53,201 bases of DNA from a virus. Taxonomy: Duplodnaviria; Caudoviricetes. The stretch is from positions 1-53,201 of the IMG/VR virus record IMGVR_UViG_3300044797_000084. One strand, given 5' to 3'. Numbering within the stretch: position 1 is the stretch's first letter; the number at the start of each line of letters is the position of its first letter. Below, piece after piece: positions 34,372-44,270 of the stretch. The notes beneath the pieces are model-generated. The model ran no database searches and was not told where the DNA came from. It saw nothing but the letters and a program-made list of their open reading frames with translations. The position numbers and the translations under genes are program-made.

Positions 34372-37300
34372 TTAGGGCAGCGGCATGAGCTGGCGCAGCA
34401 CCCACCCAAGCTCAGACGCGTTCGCTGCGGCGTCTTCCGGGTTCATCCCGTACTGGTTGACCACAAGCCCCGAGCCGGCGTACTGCACCTGCGAGCGCTC
34501 CTTGGTGACGTCGACTTCTTTTTCGAGCTTGGCCTCTTCCTGGGCGGCCGTGTCTTCCAGTTTCTGGAGTGCCAGGGCGGCCCCTTTGAGCGTCAGTTCC
34601 GATTCGCCCTTTGCCTTCGCCAACGTCTGTTCGGCATTCTTGATCGCTTCATTCCAGTGGTTGGTGACGTTTTCCATCGCCTTCGCGGCTTCCTCGCTCA
34701 TCGTGGCCGCGCCCTGTTCCACCTTCTTGAGATTGGCGGTGGCCGCCGCCTCCTGGTGTTCGGCTTCGTGTTCCGCGAAGCTCAGGCCAGAGGCGGCAAG
34801 GTTCTGTTGTTCCTTGCTCTTGTTCGCGGCGGCGAGCACCTTGAGCTCGGCGTTGCCGATCTTCTGGTCCTGGGCGAGCTGGACGTTGTCCACTTGTTCC
34901 TGCGCCGCAGCGATTTCGCCCGCAGCCTTGATTGCCACCGCGTCGGCGTGCGCCTGCGCCATAGCCTCTTGCGCGTCGGCCTGGGTTTTGTCGTCGTCGA
35001 CGAGTTGCTGATCCTGTGCGAGGACGCCCTGTTCCGTCGCAGCCAGTTCGTCCTCGGCGATCTTCGCCTGCTGGATCTGCTGGTCATAGCTCGCCTTCAT
35101 CTGGCCGAGCTGCACTTCCTCCTTCTGTGCGATCAGGTTCAGCCCATACAAGCCCCGCTCGCCGAGGATCGCGACTTCGATGTTGGTCTGGTCCTTGATT
35201 CCCGTGACGACTGCGTTCGACGAGTCGGCCATCACCTTGCTCTGCGCTTCGATCGACTGCGCCAACGCAGCGAAGCTGTCGGACATCGACTGGGTGGCAT
35301 CCCCGATCGCTGTGGCAGCTGCCTTCATCGCGTCAGTCTGCTGTGCCTGTTCGGCCTTGACGATGTTCAACTGGTCTGTCGCGGTGTGTTCGGCCTGGGT
35401 GGTGCGGTCCTTTTCCTCGGTCGCCTGGATCTTCAACGATTCGCCGAGCTTCGTCGTCTCGGTTGCGACCATCTCCTCGGCGAGCGTGGCGAGCGCCTGC
35501 TTGTGAGCGGCCTCTAGTTTGGAGGCAAGCTCCTCGAGCTTCTTCTGGTGCGTCGCGTTCAGTTCGCTGACGAGCTTCGACTCCTGCTTGCCGGCGACAG
35601 ACCCTTGCGCGCTCTTACCGAGCGCTGCGATCAGGCTGCTCATCGACCCGCCGCCCGCCGTCACGGCTTCGACCATCCCGCCGATAGCCGACGGGCGTGT
35701 CGTTTTCTGAGCGATCGAGCCGGGAATGCCCTCATGCACTGTCGCCGGCCCTAGCGCCCTGGTCGAGACCCCTAGGGCTTTCTCCATTGCGGCCGGCGTT
35801 GAGTTCTGGATCTCGGCTTCATATTTTTTGAGTAGTGATTCGCCGCCGGTGGTGATTTTTTCGATATGCCGTTTGAGTTCTTCGCCTGCTTTTTTCGCCG
35901 CCTCTTCAAGCTTCTCTTTCGCTTTTTCTGCGGCTTTTTCGAGCTTCTCCCCTGCTTTTTCTGCGGCCTTTTCCTGCTTCTCTTTCGCTTTTTCCTGCGC
36001 CGCAGTAGGGGGTTCCGCAGTGCCCTTGCCGTTCTGCTGGGTCTTTGCAAGCGCTTCCGCTGCGGCCTGTTCGCGGCGTGATTGCTGATCGGTTGTAGCG
36101 GTTTCCCCCGGCTGCGATCCTGCCGGCTGCTCGTAGTCTTTCATGATGAGGTTGGCCGCTTCGGTGGGCGACTTGGTCTTCTTCAGCGCAGCGACGAGGC
36201 TTGGTGACAGGTGTTCCAACACCTGCTGCGACTGCTGCGTGACGCCGCCCGTGCCAAGCCCGGGGTAGCCGGACTGCTGATACAGGCCGCCACCGGGCGT
36301 GCCCGGAACGAGGCTCGACTCTGCTGCGGCGTTGCCGACAAACCCGGCCGCCGCAGTAGCGGAGAAGCCCTTGCTCTCGAAGAACCGCATGATCTGCGCT
36401 TCGACGCTGCCGCCCTTGCTCGTGGCGCCTTCGGAGAAGTTTTCGGCTGCTTCGCGTTTGCTGATGTTCTGGTTGACGCCGGGTTCGGTCTTCGAGTAGC
36501 GGGGTGCCTTTGCTTCTTCTGCGACCGTCCTAAGTTTTTCGATCTCAGGAATACTGCCCGTGAGTTCGCCGATCGTTTCGTCGTACGCCCGGATGATCTT
36601 GTTTAGGTCATTGATAATGGCGTTGCCGACGGTCTTTGTGACCGATTCCATCGCTGTCATCACGGTCGACCAGTGCTGCTCAAGCTCTAGCGCCGCGAGA
36701 CCGAGAATCCCGAGGACTGCACCGATGCCGGTGGCTCCCATCGCAGCATCTACCCCGACGGCTGTCTCGTCTGCGCTCTCGACGATCGCCGCGTTGGCGG
36801 TCTCGACCTCGCCTGCTGCGGCTGTGGCTGCGTCGGACATGCTGCCGTAGGCGCCGGCCATCGCCTCGGTCTCGGTCGTCGTCGTCGCTGCGGCTGTCGC
36901 GACGGCGTCGTCCTCGATGGCGAACTTGCCGACGATCGTCGAGACGGCGCTCGTGACCCCGGACGCGAGGGTCTGCATCCCGCTCCACATTTTCTGTAGG
37001 CCGCCGTAGAACGCGACGGCCTTCTGCGCCGCGAACGCTCCGACCGCCGCACTGAGCACCCCGGCGACGGTCAAGCCGAGCGCCTCAGCCGCGACCTTGT
37101 TCTTTTCAAACCACTGGATCACTTCGCCCGTGGCCTTCCCGGCTGCCTGGAGCTTGGGGATCAGGAAGAACCCGAGCCGGTCCGCGTCCGCGGAGATGCT
37201 CGCCTTAAGTTGGTCCATCTGGAAGGACAGGTTTTCGGTACGTTTCTGCCAGTCCGAGCCGAAGTTCGAGCCGCCCTGCGAGACATCTTTGACCTTGTCC

Positions 37301-38715
37301 TTGAGCCGGTCGAGCTGGGCGAGCAGGATCTGCACGCCCATTGCCTGGCGGCCACCGAACGCGTTTGACAGCACTCGCATCTGCTGTGTGGCGGTGTCGC
37401 CCGAATCCTGAAGATGCTTCTTGAGGTCTTCTAGGGCGTCGACGAGCCCATGGCTGCGAATGTCGTCGCCAAGCTCGGTCGCGGAGATCCCGACTTCCCC
37501 TAGATAGCCCGCGGCCGTCTTGGACGGCGCCGCCATGATCCTGATCGCCGAGGTGAGTTTCGTTGCTGCCGCCGCGCCGCGCAGGTTGTTGTCGCCGAAC
37601 ACTGCGAGCGCGCCGCCGATGTCCTGCAGGGAGACGCCGAAGTTCTTCATCGGCGCGAGCAGCCCGGTGCCGAGCGCGTCGGCGAGCTGCTGCATCGTCA
37701 TATCCCCGGCGCCGACGATGGTGTTCAGGTCGCCCATCGCATGGCTGTAGGAGCCCAAGCCCGGCAGACCCGAGATCACCGCTGCATCGAGAGCGTTGGT
37801 GACATCGACGATGTTCGCGCCGCCGATCTGCGCGCCCTCGGCCGCCGCCTTCATCACGCCGTACTCCGTGGACACCCGTTGCGCCGGCGCGGTCGTGGCG
37901 TTCAGCGCGGAGACGACGTGATACATGCCTTCGGCGAGCTCCTGGGGCTTGGTGCCGACTTCGCCGGCCATCCCGAGGATGCTGCTCGTCAGGGTCTTGA
38001 CCTGCTTACTGGACGCCCCGGCCTGGGTTTCCAGCATCGTCATCTGCTTCTGCAGGGCCGAGGCGCCTTTGACGCCCTCGACAGCAGCGACCCCGAACCC
38101 GGCGAGCCCGGCAGTGACGGCGAGCTTCCCGCCCGACGCGAGAGCGGACCCGAACTTCCCGGCCTTGCTGTCCGCTTCGTCGAACTCCTTGCCCATCTTC
38201 GTAAGTGATCCTGAGAGCGGTATCCCCCACGATGCGCCCGTCTGTCCGAGTTTGGTCAGGGCGCTCCCGGCCTTGTCGCTTCCCTTCTCAAACGCACTAC
38301 CGATCCGTGCACCCGATGCGGCGGCAGCCACGGCGGTCTCCTCCGAGGCGCCCTGTAGGAGCTTCTGCGCCTCGACCGCCCGCGCGGCCGCCGCGACCTG
38401 CTCGTCTGCGGATGCGCCGGCCGCCTCGGCCACCGCCGCAGCCGAAGCCGCAGCGGCCTTCTGGGACTGCGTCATCTTCTCCGCGCCGTCCACATAGGCG
38501 GCTGCTGCGCGGCCGGCGGCGGCGGCCTGCTCGTCGGCTGAGGCGCCCATAGCCTCGGCCTGCTTGGCGGCTGCATCACCTGCGGCCGCTGCACCATCCG
38601 CAATCGTCTTCGATGTTTGCTCGTAGATGACGCCAGTGCGAACTAGTTCGGCCTGAAGCTGGCGAAAGTCTCCGAGGCCCGCAATCGTGACCGTACGCGC
38701 TGCGCCGGGAGGCAT
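34372..38715 (-). CDS. Tape measure protein with phage-tail-lysozyme-like domain
   Basis: 1447 aa, Ala-rich; TP901-type core; AAAGFVGNAAAESSL.P...GLYQ...YEQPA; EKAA repeats. Confidence 0.95.
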   Translation of the reverse strand: MPPGAARTVTIAGLGDFRQLQAELVRTGVIYEQTSKTIADGAAAAGDAAAKQAEAMGASADEQAAAAGRAAAAYVDGAEKMTQSQKAAAASAAAVAEAAGASADEQVAAAARAVEAQKLLQGASEETAVAAAASGARIGSAFEKGSDKAGSALTKLGQTGASWGIPLSGSLTKMGKEFDEADSKAGKFGSALASGGKLAVTAGLAGFGVAAVEGVKGASALQKQMTMLETQAGASSKQVKTLTSSILGMAGEVGTKPQELAEGMYHVVSALNATTAPAQRVSTEYGVMKAAAEGAQIGGANIVDVTNALDAAVISGLPGLGSYSHAMGDLNTIVGAGDMTMQQLADALGTGLLAPMKNFGVSLQDIGGALAVFGDNNLRGAAAATKLTSAIRIMAAPSKTAAGYLGEVGISATELGDDIRSHGLVDALEDLKKHLQDSGDTATQQMRVLSNAFGGRQAMGVQILLAQLDRLKDKVKDVSQGGSNFGSDWQKRTENLSFQMDQLKASISADADRLGFFLIPKLQAAGKATGEVIQWFEKNKVAAEALGLTVAGVLSAAVGAFAAQKAVAFYGGLQKMWSGMQTLASGVTSAVSTIVGKFAIEDDAVATAAATTTTETEAMAGAYGSMSDAATAAAGEVETANAAIVESADETAVGVDAAMGATGIGAVLGILGLAALELEQHWSTVMTAMESVTKTVGNAIINDLNKIIRAYDETIGELTGSIPEIEKLRTVAEEAKAPRYSKTEPGVNQNISKREAAENFSEGATSKGGSVEAQIMRFFESKGFSATAAAGFVGNAAAESSLVPGTPGGGLYQQSGYPGLGTGGVTQQSQQVLEHLSPSLVAALKKTKSPTEAANLIMKDYEQPAGSQPGETATTDQQSRREQAAAEALAKTQQNGKGTAEPPTAAQEKAKEKQEKAAEKAGEKLEKAAEKAKEKLEEAAKKAGEELKRHIEKITTGGESLLKKYEAEIQNSTPAAMEKALGVSTRALGPATVHEGIPGSIAQKTTRPSAIGGMVEAVTAGGGSMSSLIAALGKSAQGSVAGKQESKLVSELNATHQKKLEELASKLEAAHKQALATLAEEMVATETTKLGESLKIQATEEKDRTTQAEHTATDQLNIVKAEQAQQTDAMKAAATAIGDATQSMSDSFAALAQSIEAQSKVMADSSNAVVTGIKDQTNIEVAILGERGLYGLNLIAQKEEVQLGQMKASYDQQIQQAKIAEDELAATEQGVLAQDQQLVDDDKTQADAQEAMAQAHADAVAIKAAGEIAAAQEQVDNVQLAQDQKIGNAELKVLAAANKSKEQQNLAASGLSFAEHEAEHQEAAATANLKKVEQGAATMSEEAAKAMENVTNHWNEAIKNAEQTLAKAKGESELTLKGAALALQKLEDTAAQEEAKLEKEVDVTKERSQVQYAGSGLVVNQYGMNPEDAAANASELGWVLRQLMPLP

Positions 38716-39180
38716 TTAGAGTCGCGCCCCGAGCGCCTCGTGGATGGCCGTCGCCAAGCGGTCTGCGATCAGCTCGAGGATCGCCTCCGTCTCATCCTCA
38801 AGCGCAGGCGAGAGGAACGCCGGATGGCTGTTCTTGTCCGTCCAGCCGACCCTTTCGGGCACGCCCGGCCGCGGCGAGTAGGTGGGGTGGCGCACAAAGC
38901 CCTTCCCTTTGTTCTCGATCGGTGCGGCGTTCGGTGCCGCGTCGCCGCCGGCGCTCACCTTGAAGTTCACCGCGGTCGCACGCGCTTTCAGCGAGCCCGC
39001 GACACGCGACGAATAGCCCACCCGGCCTGCGGCGTTGACCTTGACCAACTCGGCGCTGTCACGCAGGGCACCGCGCACCGCCAGCGCACCCGCCGCCCCG
39101 GTCGCCCGGATACCACGCGTGAGAGCGGAGAACTGCTTGGTGTCGATGACGATCGGTACCCCGGTCTTGCCGGCCATCAC
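38716..39180 (-). CDS. HK97 gp10-like tail completion protein
   Basis: A.P.A..IE..G...RHP...PAFLSPALE. Confidence 0.65.
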   Translation of the reverse strand: MMAGKTGVPIVIDTKQFSALTRGIRATGAAGALAVRGALRDSAELVKVNAAGRVGYSSRVAGSLKARATAVNFKVSAGGDAAPNAAPIENKGKGFVRHPTYSPRPGVPERVGWTDKNSHPAFLSPALEDETEAILELIADRLATAIHEALGARL

Positions 39181-39382
39181 AGCCCTCCGCTCTTAGCCTT
39201 CATCTCCATCACCCCCTCGGCGAACGTCAGCAGCCCGAGGAAGTCCAGCCACGTCAGTCCGTCGATATCTCCGGGTCGGTAGGAGAGGACGTATCCGAGG
39301 GGGGCGAGGGCTCCTGCTCGGAGCTCGGCGGGGTCTCCGTCGAGTCGGGGGTCGGGGCTGGTGTAGCCCCCGAGGTAGGGTC
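39177..39382 (-). CDS. Tail assembly chaperone frameshift extension (gpT-like)
   Basis: The -1 frame ...YVLSYRPGDIDGLTWLDFLGL...KSGGL* has no start of its own; its stop overlaps the next gene's start. Confidence 0.65.
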
Positions 39383-39682
39383 CGCCTCCGGTGTGGCAGT
39401 GTCGAAGCCCTTCTCGAACAGCTCACCGACGCGGAAGTCGTCCATCTGGTCGGGCCTTTCCGGCACAGCCTCGCCGACTGCCTTGCGCGCCAGCCAGAGC
39501 GCACACAGCGCTGCCTGCGGGTCCTGCTGGAGCAGCGCGCCTTGGAAGGTCATGTAGCGCCCGATTTCTATCCCGTACCACTCCTTGATTTGGGTGAGCG
39601 CAGAGACGGTCAGCATCTTCTTTGGGTCGAAGATGTACTCCTTGTCTCCGTACGTCAGCTTCCACTGCAGCCTGTCGGCCAT
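39254..39682 (-). CDS. Tail assembly chaperone (gpG-like)
   Basis: GAAGGAG RBS; between tube and TMP; DPT followed by an S/T/P-rich tail. Confidence 0.8.
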   Translation of the reverse strand: MADRLQWKLTYGDKEYIFDPKKMLTVSALTQIKEWYGIEIGRYMTFQGALLQQDPQAALCALWLARKAVGEAVPERPDQMDDFRVGELFEKGFDTATPEADPTSGATPAPTPDSTETPPSSEQEPSPPSDTSSPTDPEISTD

Positions 39683-39788
39683 GTGCGTGCTCCTTCCGCC
39701 CCTATGCCGGGCGGCTTTTTCCAGTTGACGCGGCGTCAGGGCATAGCTGCCGCCGCGCTCAGCGCCCGAAGGCGCCAAGTCCTAGCTC

Positions 39789-40499
39789 TTAGACCGTCTG
39801 AAACGGCCAGGTCGCCGACTTGCGACGATTGCATGGCACGCACGCGGGGCGAAGGTTCGCCAGACAGTGCGCGCCGCCCTTGCTCAACGGCTTGACGTGA
39901 TCCCACTCGACCGCCTCGCCGCTGCACATCCAGCAGCGGCCAGCCCAGTAGTCCCACTTCGCGGCGAGCAGCTCCATGGTCGGCTCGACCAACGTCAGTT
40001 CACGCACGCGCGCTCGTCGCCGCCTCGCGTACTCGCTCGTCAGCTCAGCGTTTGCCTTTCGCCACCGATACCCATACGCCGCCTGATATGCGCGCACTTC
40101 CTCTCGCCGGCGCGGGTTCGCCGCATAGAACGCCTTGCGCTGGGCGCCCAGCCGCTCCCGGTTCCCGCGGTTGTAGGCACGGCGCTCCGCCAGTCGCTTC
40201 TCGCGGTGTCGCTCATAGCTGGCTTTCGCCTGCGCCTTGTGCTTCTCGGGATGCGTGCGACGCGCTGCTGCTTTTTGGGCGAGTAGCCGCTCGCGGTTGG
40301 CAACTCGATAGGCAACTTGATGCGCGCGCTGGTACTCGGCGTCCGCCTCACGCTGGCGACCTCGGCACTCCTTACAGCGTCCGCCGAAGCCGCCCTTTCG
40401 CGCTGGTTCGTGAAACCAGGCGTCTTGCGGTAGAAGCCGCCTGCAGCCCGGACACGGCCGATGCGGCACTCCGGCAATCTCGATGATGGTGCTCCGCAC
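39789..40499 (-). CDS. HNH endonuclease
   Basis: CPGC..CKEC, RRRAR, CWMC...DHVKPLSKGG.H..ANL..AC..CN..K. Confidence 0.9.
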   Translation of the reverse strand: MRSTIIEIAGVPHRPCPGCRRLLPQDAWFHEPARKGGFGGRCKECRGRQREADAEYQRAHQVAYRVANRERLLAQKAAARRTHPEKHKAQAKASYERHREKRLAERRAYNRGNRERLGAQRKAFYAANPRRREEVRAYQAAYGYRWRKANAELTSEYARRRRARVRELTLVEPTMELLAAKWDYWAGRCWMCSGEAVEWDHVKPLSKGGAHCLANLRPACVPCNRRKSATWPFQTV

Positions 40500-40581
40500 T
40501 ACGCGCTACCGTCCTGCACGTCAACCTCCGCATTAGGTTGGCCTGCCCCCGGTCGTTAGCGCGACGTGGGGGCACTTACGA

Positions 40582-41847
40582 TTAAAAGGTCGTGTCAGAA
40601 GTTATCAACTTCGCGGACACGACAGCGTCATTGGTGGCGTCGATGGTCGCCCGGGCGCTCAGCGTATTCTTCACGAGGTCCGGCCCGTCGATGGGGGGTT
40701 CGGCGCCTGAGTTGATGAATACGTTCGGCATCGTGAAGCTGAACAGGTTTCTCTTGCCGGACGACCCGATTTCCGCGCCGGTCGCGATAGCTTCGATCTT
40801 GAGTGCTTCGTTTTTCAGGAACGCTGCGAACACGCTTTTCGCGGATTCGGTGAAGTCGGCTTCCATCGAGACGGTGATGTCGACCAGTCCGTTTGAGACG
40901 GGCAGCGCCTTTTTTTCTTCGCCGAGGTAGATACGGTCGGTGGCGAACTTGTGCTCCAGGGTGACCGTCATCTTGCGCACTCCCTGTAGCGCCGTGATGC
41001 CGCCCGAGGCGAGGCCGATCTTGAATTCCGATGAGCCTTCGTTCATCGCGAACGGCACGCCGTTGGTCGTGAACACTGGTGTGATGAGGGCCGTGTTGTT
41101 CTCGATTTCGCGGAAGTCGATGTCGTAGCTGTAGCTGCACAGCCCGATGCGGTCGAAAACGAACTCGGCCTTTGTGACGACCCCGGAGTGGTAGTTGTAC
41201 GGGACGACTTCGGCGTTGGTGTAGGGGATGCCGACCTGGAGGTCGAGGAACGGCGATTCGCTGATCGTGATCGTCTCGGACGCGACCGCTTCTTCGGCGT
41301 TGGCGCTGATTTCGAGTTCGTTGGATGCCTGCCCCGCGACCGATGTGACGGTCGTGCCCGCTTTGATCTTCGGGCCAGTGACGAGTGCACCGACCTTGAT
41401 CGACCCCGCTGTGTACGTGATGTTTTTGACTTTTTTGCCGACTTCGAGTTTCACGCCTGCGTATTCCGTGCCGTTGTGCTTCTCGGAGGCTTCGAGGTTG
41501 ATCCCCGACGCGCCCCCGAGTTCGTAGGCGGTTGTGGTGCCCGCCTGTTCCAGGATGCCGTTGGAGCCGAACGCGGCAGCCAGTAGCAGCGCCTGCCCGG
41601 AGGTCATCACGTCACCAGTGAGGGTCGCCATGGCGTCGGTGTACATCTTGATGTGCGCCGAGCTGATGTCCGCGATACGGCCACCTGCCAGGTAGGGGCC
41701 ACCCTGGACGATGTGAGGGTTGTGCGTCGGCTTGAACGTCTTGAAGTAGAGGGTGCGCGTCGGTGTTTCAAACGTTTCGCCGTACTTCTTGCAGCGGGCC
41801 ACGGCCGCAAATGCGCCAAGACCCGAGCCAGCCGTGATGGTGGTCAT
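40582..41847 (-). CDS. Major tail tube protein with inserted beta domain
   Basis: Position; GSGLGA..A...YG start; insert VG..VTG..I..GTTVTSV. Confidence 0.8.
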   Translation of the reverse strand: MTTITAGSGLGAFAAVARCKKYGETFETPTRTLYFKTFKPTHNPHIVQGGPYLAGGRIADISSAHIKMYTDAMATLTGDVMTSGQALLLAAAFGSNGILEQAGTTTAYELGGASGINLEASEKHNGTEYAGVKLEVGKKVKNITYTAGSIKVGALVTGPKIKAGTTVTSVAGQASNELEISANAEEAVASETITISESPFLDLQVGIPYTNAEVVPYNYHSGVVTKAEFVFDRIGLCSYSYDIDFREIENNTALITPVFTTNGVPFAMNEGSSEFKIGLASGGITALQGVRKMTVTLEHKFATDRIYLGEEKKALPVSNGLVDITVSMEADFTESAKSVFAAFLKNEALKIEAIATGAEIGSSGKRNLFSFTMPNVFINSGAEPPIDGPDLVKNTLSARATIDATNDAVVSAKLITSDTTF

Positions 41848-42077
41848 GCTTGCTGCTCCTTGTCCTCCGGCTCAGCCGGGTCGGTTGTCTGCTCGTCGTG
41901 CGCCTGCTCGAACGCGGGCTGCTGTCTGGCCCCTCCACGGGGGTCGTTCTCCGACCAGAGACCGGCTATGCCTACGGCTACCTGCTCGTCGGTGAAGTCA
42001 TACGCGTCGCCCGGTGCCACGGCGGGGCCGTTTTCCACACTGGCGGGACTGTGATCGATGTTGTAGAAACGCGGCAC
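41844..42077 (-). CDS. Small acidic head-tail region protein
   Basis: AAGGAG RBS; coupled to the tube gene. Confidence 0.65.
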   Translation of the reverse strand: MPRFYNIDHSPASVENGPAVAPGDAYDFTDEQVAVGIAGLWSENDPRGGARQQPAFEQAHDEQTTDPAEPEDKEQQA

Positions 42078-42090
42078 GGTTCTCTCTCCT

Positions 42091-42609
42091 TTAGCCGAGC
42101 TGTGGGCTCGGGGTGATGATCGCCTTGAACGTCAAGGCCCAGTCGATGACGCCGCCCCAGCCGCTGGGCTGGCCGGCCATGATGTCCAGCCCGGCCTCGT
42201 AATTGGCTTCGATCGGGAACATGACTTGGGCGTTGGGGCCGCTCGTGCCGAACGTTGGAGCGTCGCGGTTGGCGATCGCCGGGCCGGCCACGCATTCCCC
42301 GAACAGCGCAAAGGTCTGCGCCATCACTTCGGCCGCCAGCGACTGATTTGTGGCCGCGCTGTCGCCGCTGAACACGGTCACTTTCCCCTGGATCTCATAT
42401 TCCTCTGCGAGCTGAAGTGGGATCGCGTGCCAGTCATACCGTGGCCCCTTGATCGGGCCGACGATGATGTAGCGGGCGGGCTCGAACTGGGCCAGCGCCG
42501 CCGGGAACACGCTCACTGGCTGTGACTGTTCGGCTGCGGCTTCGCGGATGAGCTTGAGCAGTCCTTCATAGATGCCAGGGACACTGCTGACGAACGTGCC
42601 TTCGCTCAT
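42091..42609 (-). CDS. Tail terminator-like protein
   Basis: Position; SSVP...EEY.I pattern. Confidence 0.6.
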   Translation of the reverse strand: MSEGTFVSSVPGIYEGLLKLIREAAAEQSQPVSVFPAALAQFEPARYIIVGPIKGPRYDWHAIPLQLAEEYEIQGKVTVFSGDSAATNQSLAAEVMAQTFALFGECVAGPAIANRDAPTFGTSGPNAQVMFPIEANYEAGLDIMAGQPSGWGGVIDWALTFKAIITPSPQLG

Positions 42610-42642
42610 CGCGCGGCGCGATCTAGTGGTAGGATGTTAGGC

Positions 42643-43263
42643 GTGTCCATCTGCTCAGTCGACGGGTGTGGGTCGAAGGCGAGGGGCCGCGGCCTTTGCA
42701 GCAAGCACTACCAGCGCTGGTTCAAGCATGGAGATCCCCTCGTCGTGCTCTCGCCCCCGGCGGTCGTCGTCGCGGGCGAGCGCTATGGGCGCCTTGTCGT
42801 GATCGGCGACGCGGGCAGTACGGCACGCGGGCAACGGCGATACAAGGTGCGGTGTGACTGCGGCAAGGAGACGACGGTGGTCGGCGCCTCGCTTCGCGGG
42901 GGTGCCACGCAGTCCTGCGGCTGCCTGCACCGTGAGCGCTTCCGCCACGAAGCACATGGGCGCAGCGGCACGCCGGAGTACCGCACCTGGCAGGCGATCA
43001 TCCAGCGCTGCACGAATCCGAAGGATCGTGCCTATCGGTATTACGGCGCGCGCGGGGTGAAGATCTGCGAGCCCTGGCGGAACTCGTTCGCGACGTTCCT
43101 CGCCGACATGGGAACGAAGCCTGGGCGCAGCTACAGCATCGACCGCATCGACGAGGATGGCGACTACGAGCCGGGCAACTGCCGATGGACGACGATCAGC
43201 GCGAACTCACGCCGCGCCCACCTCGGCAAGCCGCACATCGATGGCCACTCCCACCGCCGCTAG
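42643..43263 (+). CDS. HNH-type endonuclease, antisense insertion
   Basis: RYGRLVV, CDCG, SCGC, EYRTW..IQRC.NP, YG.RG, SIDRID..G.YEPGNCRW; TAGGAT leaderless start. Confidence 0.88.
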   Translation: MSICSVDGCGSKARGRGLCSKHYQRWFKHGDPLVVLSPPAVVVAGERYGRLVVIGDAGSTARGQRRYKVRCDCGKETTVVGASLRGGATQSCGCLHRERFRHEAHGRSGTPEYRTWQAIIQRCTNPKDRAYRYYGARGVKICEPWRNSFATFLADMGTKPGRSYSIDRIDEDGDYEPGNCRWTTISANSRRAHLGKPHIDGHSHRR

Positions 43264-44240
43264 CCCAAGCCTACCTGCGAAAAACTGGACAACCGCGCTT
43301 TGACCTCGGGCAGCATAAACGGAAGCAGCCCAGGCTCGACCTCGCCGTGCTCGCCCGCCATCTGCGGATCGCCGCTGCGTGATGCCTGCTGCTCTTTGCG
43401 CCACTCGAACGCGATCTGTTTCAAGGCGGCGTTGCGGACCGGCGGCGGCAGAGGATCAAAGCCAGCGGTCCAGACCACCTCGATGTTTTTCACACCGGGA
43501 AACCAGGGGCGCCCGACAAGGCCCTGAAAGGAGCGCACGAGATAGCCACGCAGCGGGTCCACCGTGTACATTTCGTTTGACCCCTGGTGCTCGGGTGTCT
43601 GTTCTTCGAGCACGTGTTCGCCGTTGACTCCCCACCACTCCGCGACGCGTATCGGCGACCCAACGACCGGGTAGTAGGGCAACATCAGCGTGTTGCTGTT
43701 GAAGACCGAGAACCGTTTGGCGAACGTCGTCGGGCCGAGCGGGCGCCCCAACTCGTCTTGCAGCCACCAGCACACGTCGTCTACGACTTCCTTCAGCTTC
43801 GTGTCTTCGCCCGCGACAGGCACGTCGTCCATCTGCAACCAAGGGCGAACGTCGGCGTCCACATCAAGGAACGTGGACCACTGCGGGGTCGTGTCGTAGG
43901 TGTAGGCGTTCCCGGGGTCTGATAGGGGCAGCAGCGAGTACAGGTCTGTCGTGCCGGGGCCGGTCGGGACGGTGATCCAGAATGTCTGCGGGTCTTGGCC
44001 GACGACGCGCAGGTCGAGCCGGTATTGCGTGTTGCCGGGCGTCGTTTCGCTATCGCGATTGGAGGGCAGTTCGACCGACATTTCGCCGGCGCTGTTGAAG
44101 GCGGCCGTGACGGGTTCGGGCAAGATGCTTTGGCCAGGCTGGCTCATCCTTTCGCTGAGCGTGAACTCAGCGGCGCCCGCGAGCGCGGCACCCGACGGGC
44201 TGGCGAACTTGTGCGTGATCGTGCGGCGTGAGAACGCGAT
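43260..44240 (-). CDS. Head-tail connector/adaptor with N-terminal extra domain; probable ATC start
   Basis: NIEVVWTAG..P.P..V..A motif; AGGAGGTG-catc-ATC GCG TTC. Confidence 0.75.
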   Translation of the reverse strand: MAFSRRTITHKFASPSGAALAGAAEFTLSERMSQPGQSILPEPVTAAFNSAGEMSVELPSNRDSETTPGNTQYRLDLRVVGQDPQTFWITVPTGPGTTDLYSLLPLSDPGNAYTYDTTPQWSTFLDVDADVRPWLQMDDVPVAGEDTKLKEVVDDVCWWLQDELGRPLGPTTFAKRFSVFNSNTLMLPYYPVVGSPIRVAEWWGVNGEHVLEEQTPEHQGSNEMYTVDPLRGYLVRSFQGLVGRPWFPGVKNIEVVWTAGFDPLPPPVRNAALKQIAFEWRKEQQASRSGDPQMAGEHGEVEPGLLPFMLPEVKARLSSFSQVGLG

Positions 44241-44270
44241 GATGCACCTCCTGCGAGTAAGCTGCTGGCG

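Noticed and set aside
25916-34482. Diversity-generating retroelement (TR/VR pair) as an explanation of the TMP-motif copy
   Set aside because: Differences are mainly third-position and not adenine-specific, and no reverse transcriptase is present in the window
34126-35517. 463-aa plus-strand ORF
   Set aside because: Antisense shadow of the TMP/Dit genes in high-GC DNA, with no motifs
39789-43263. Group I introns around the HNH genes in the tail region
   Set aside because: The flanking genes are intact with their own starts and stops, and no intron core was recognised; these are free-standing HNH genes
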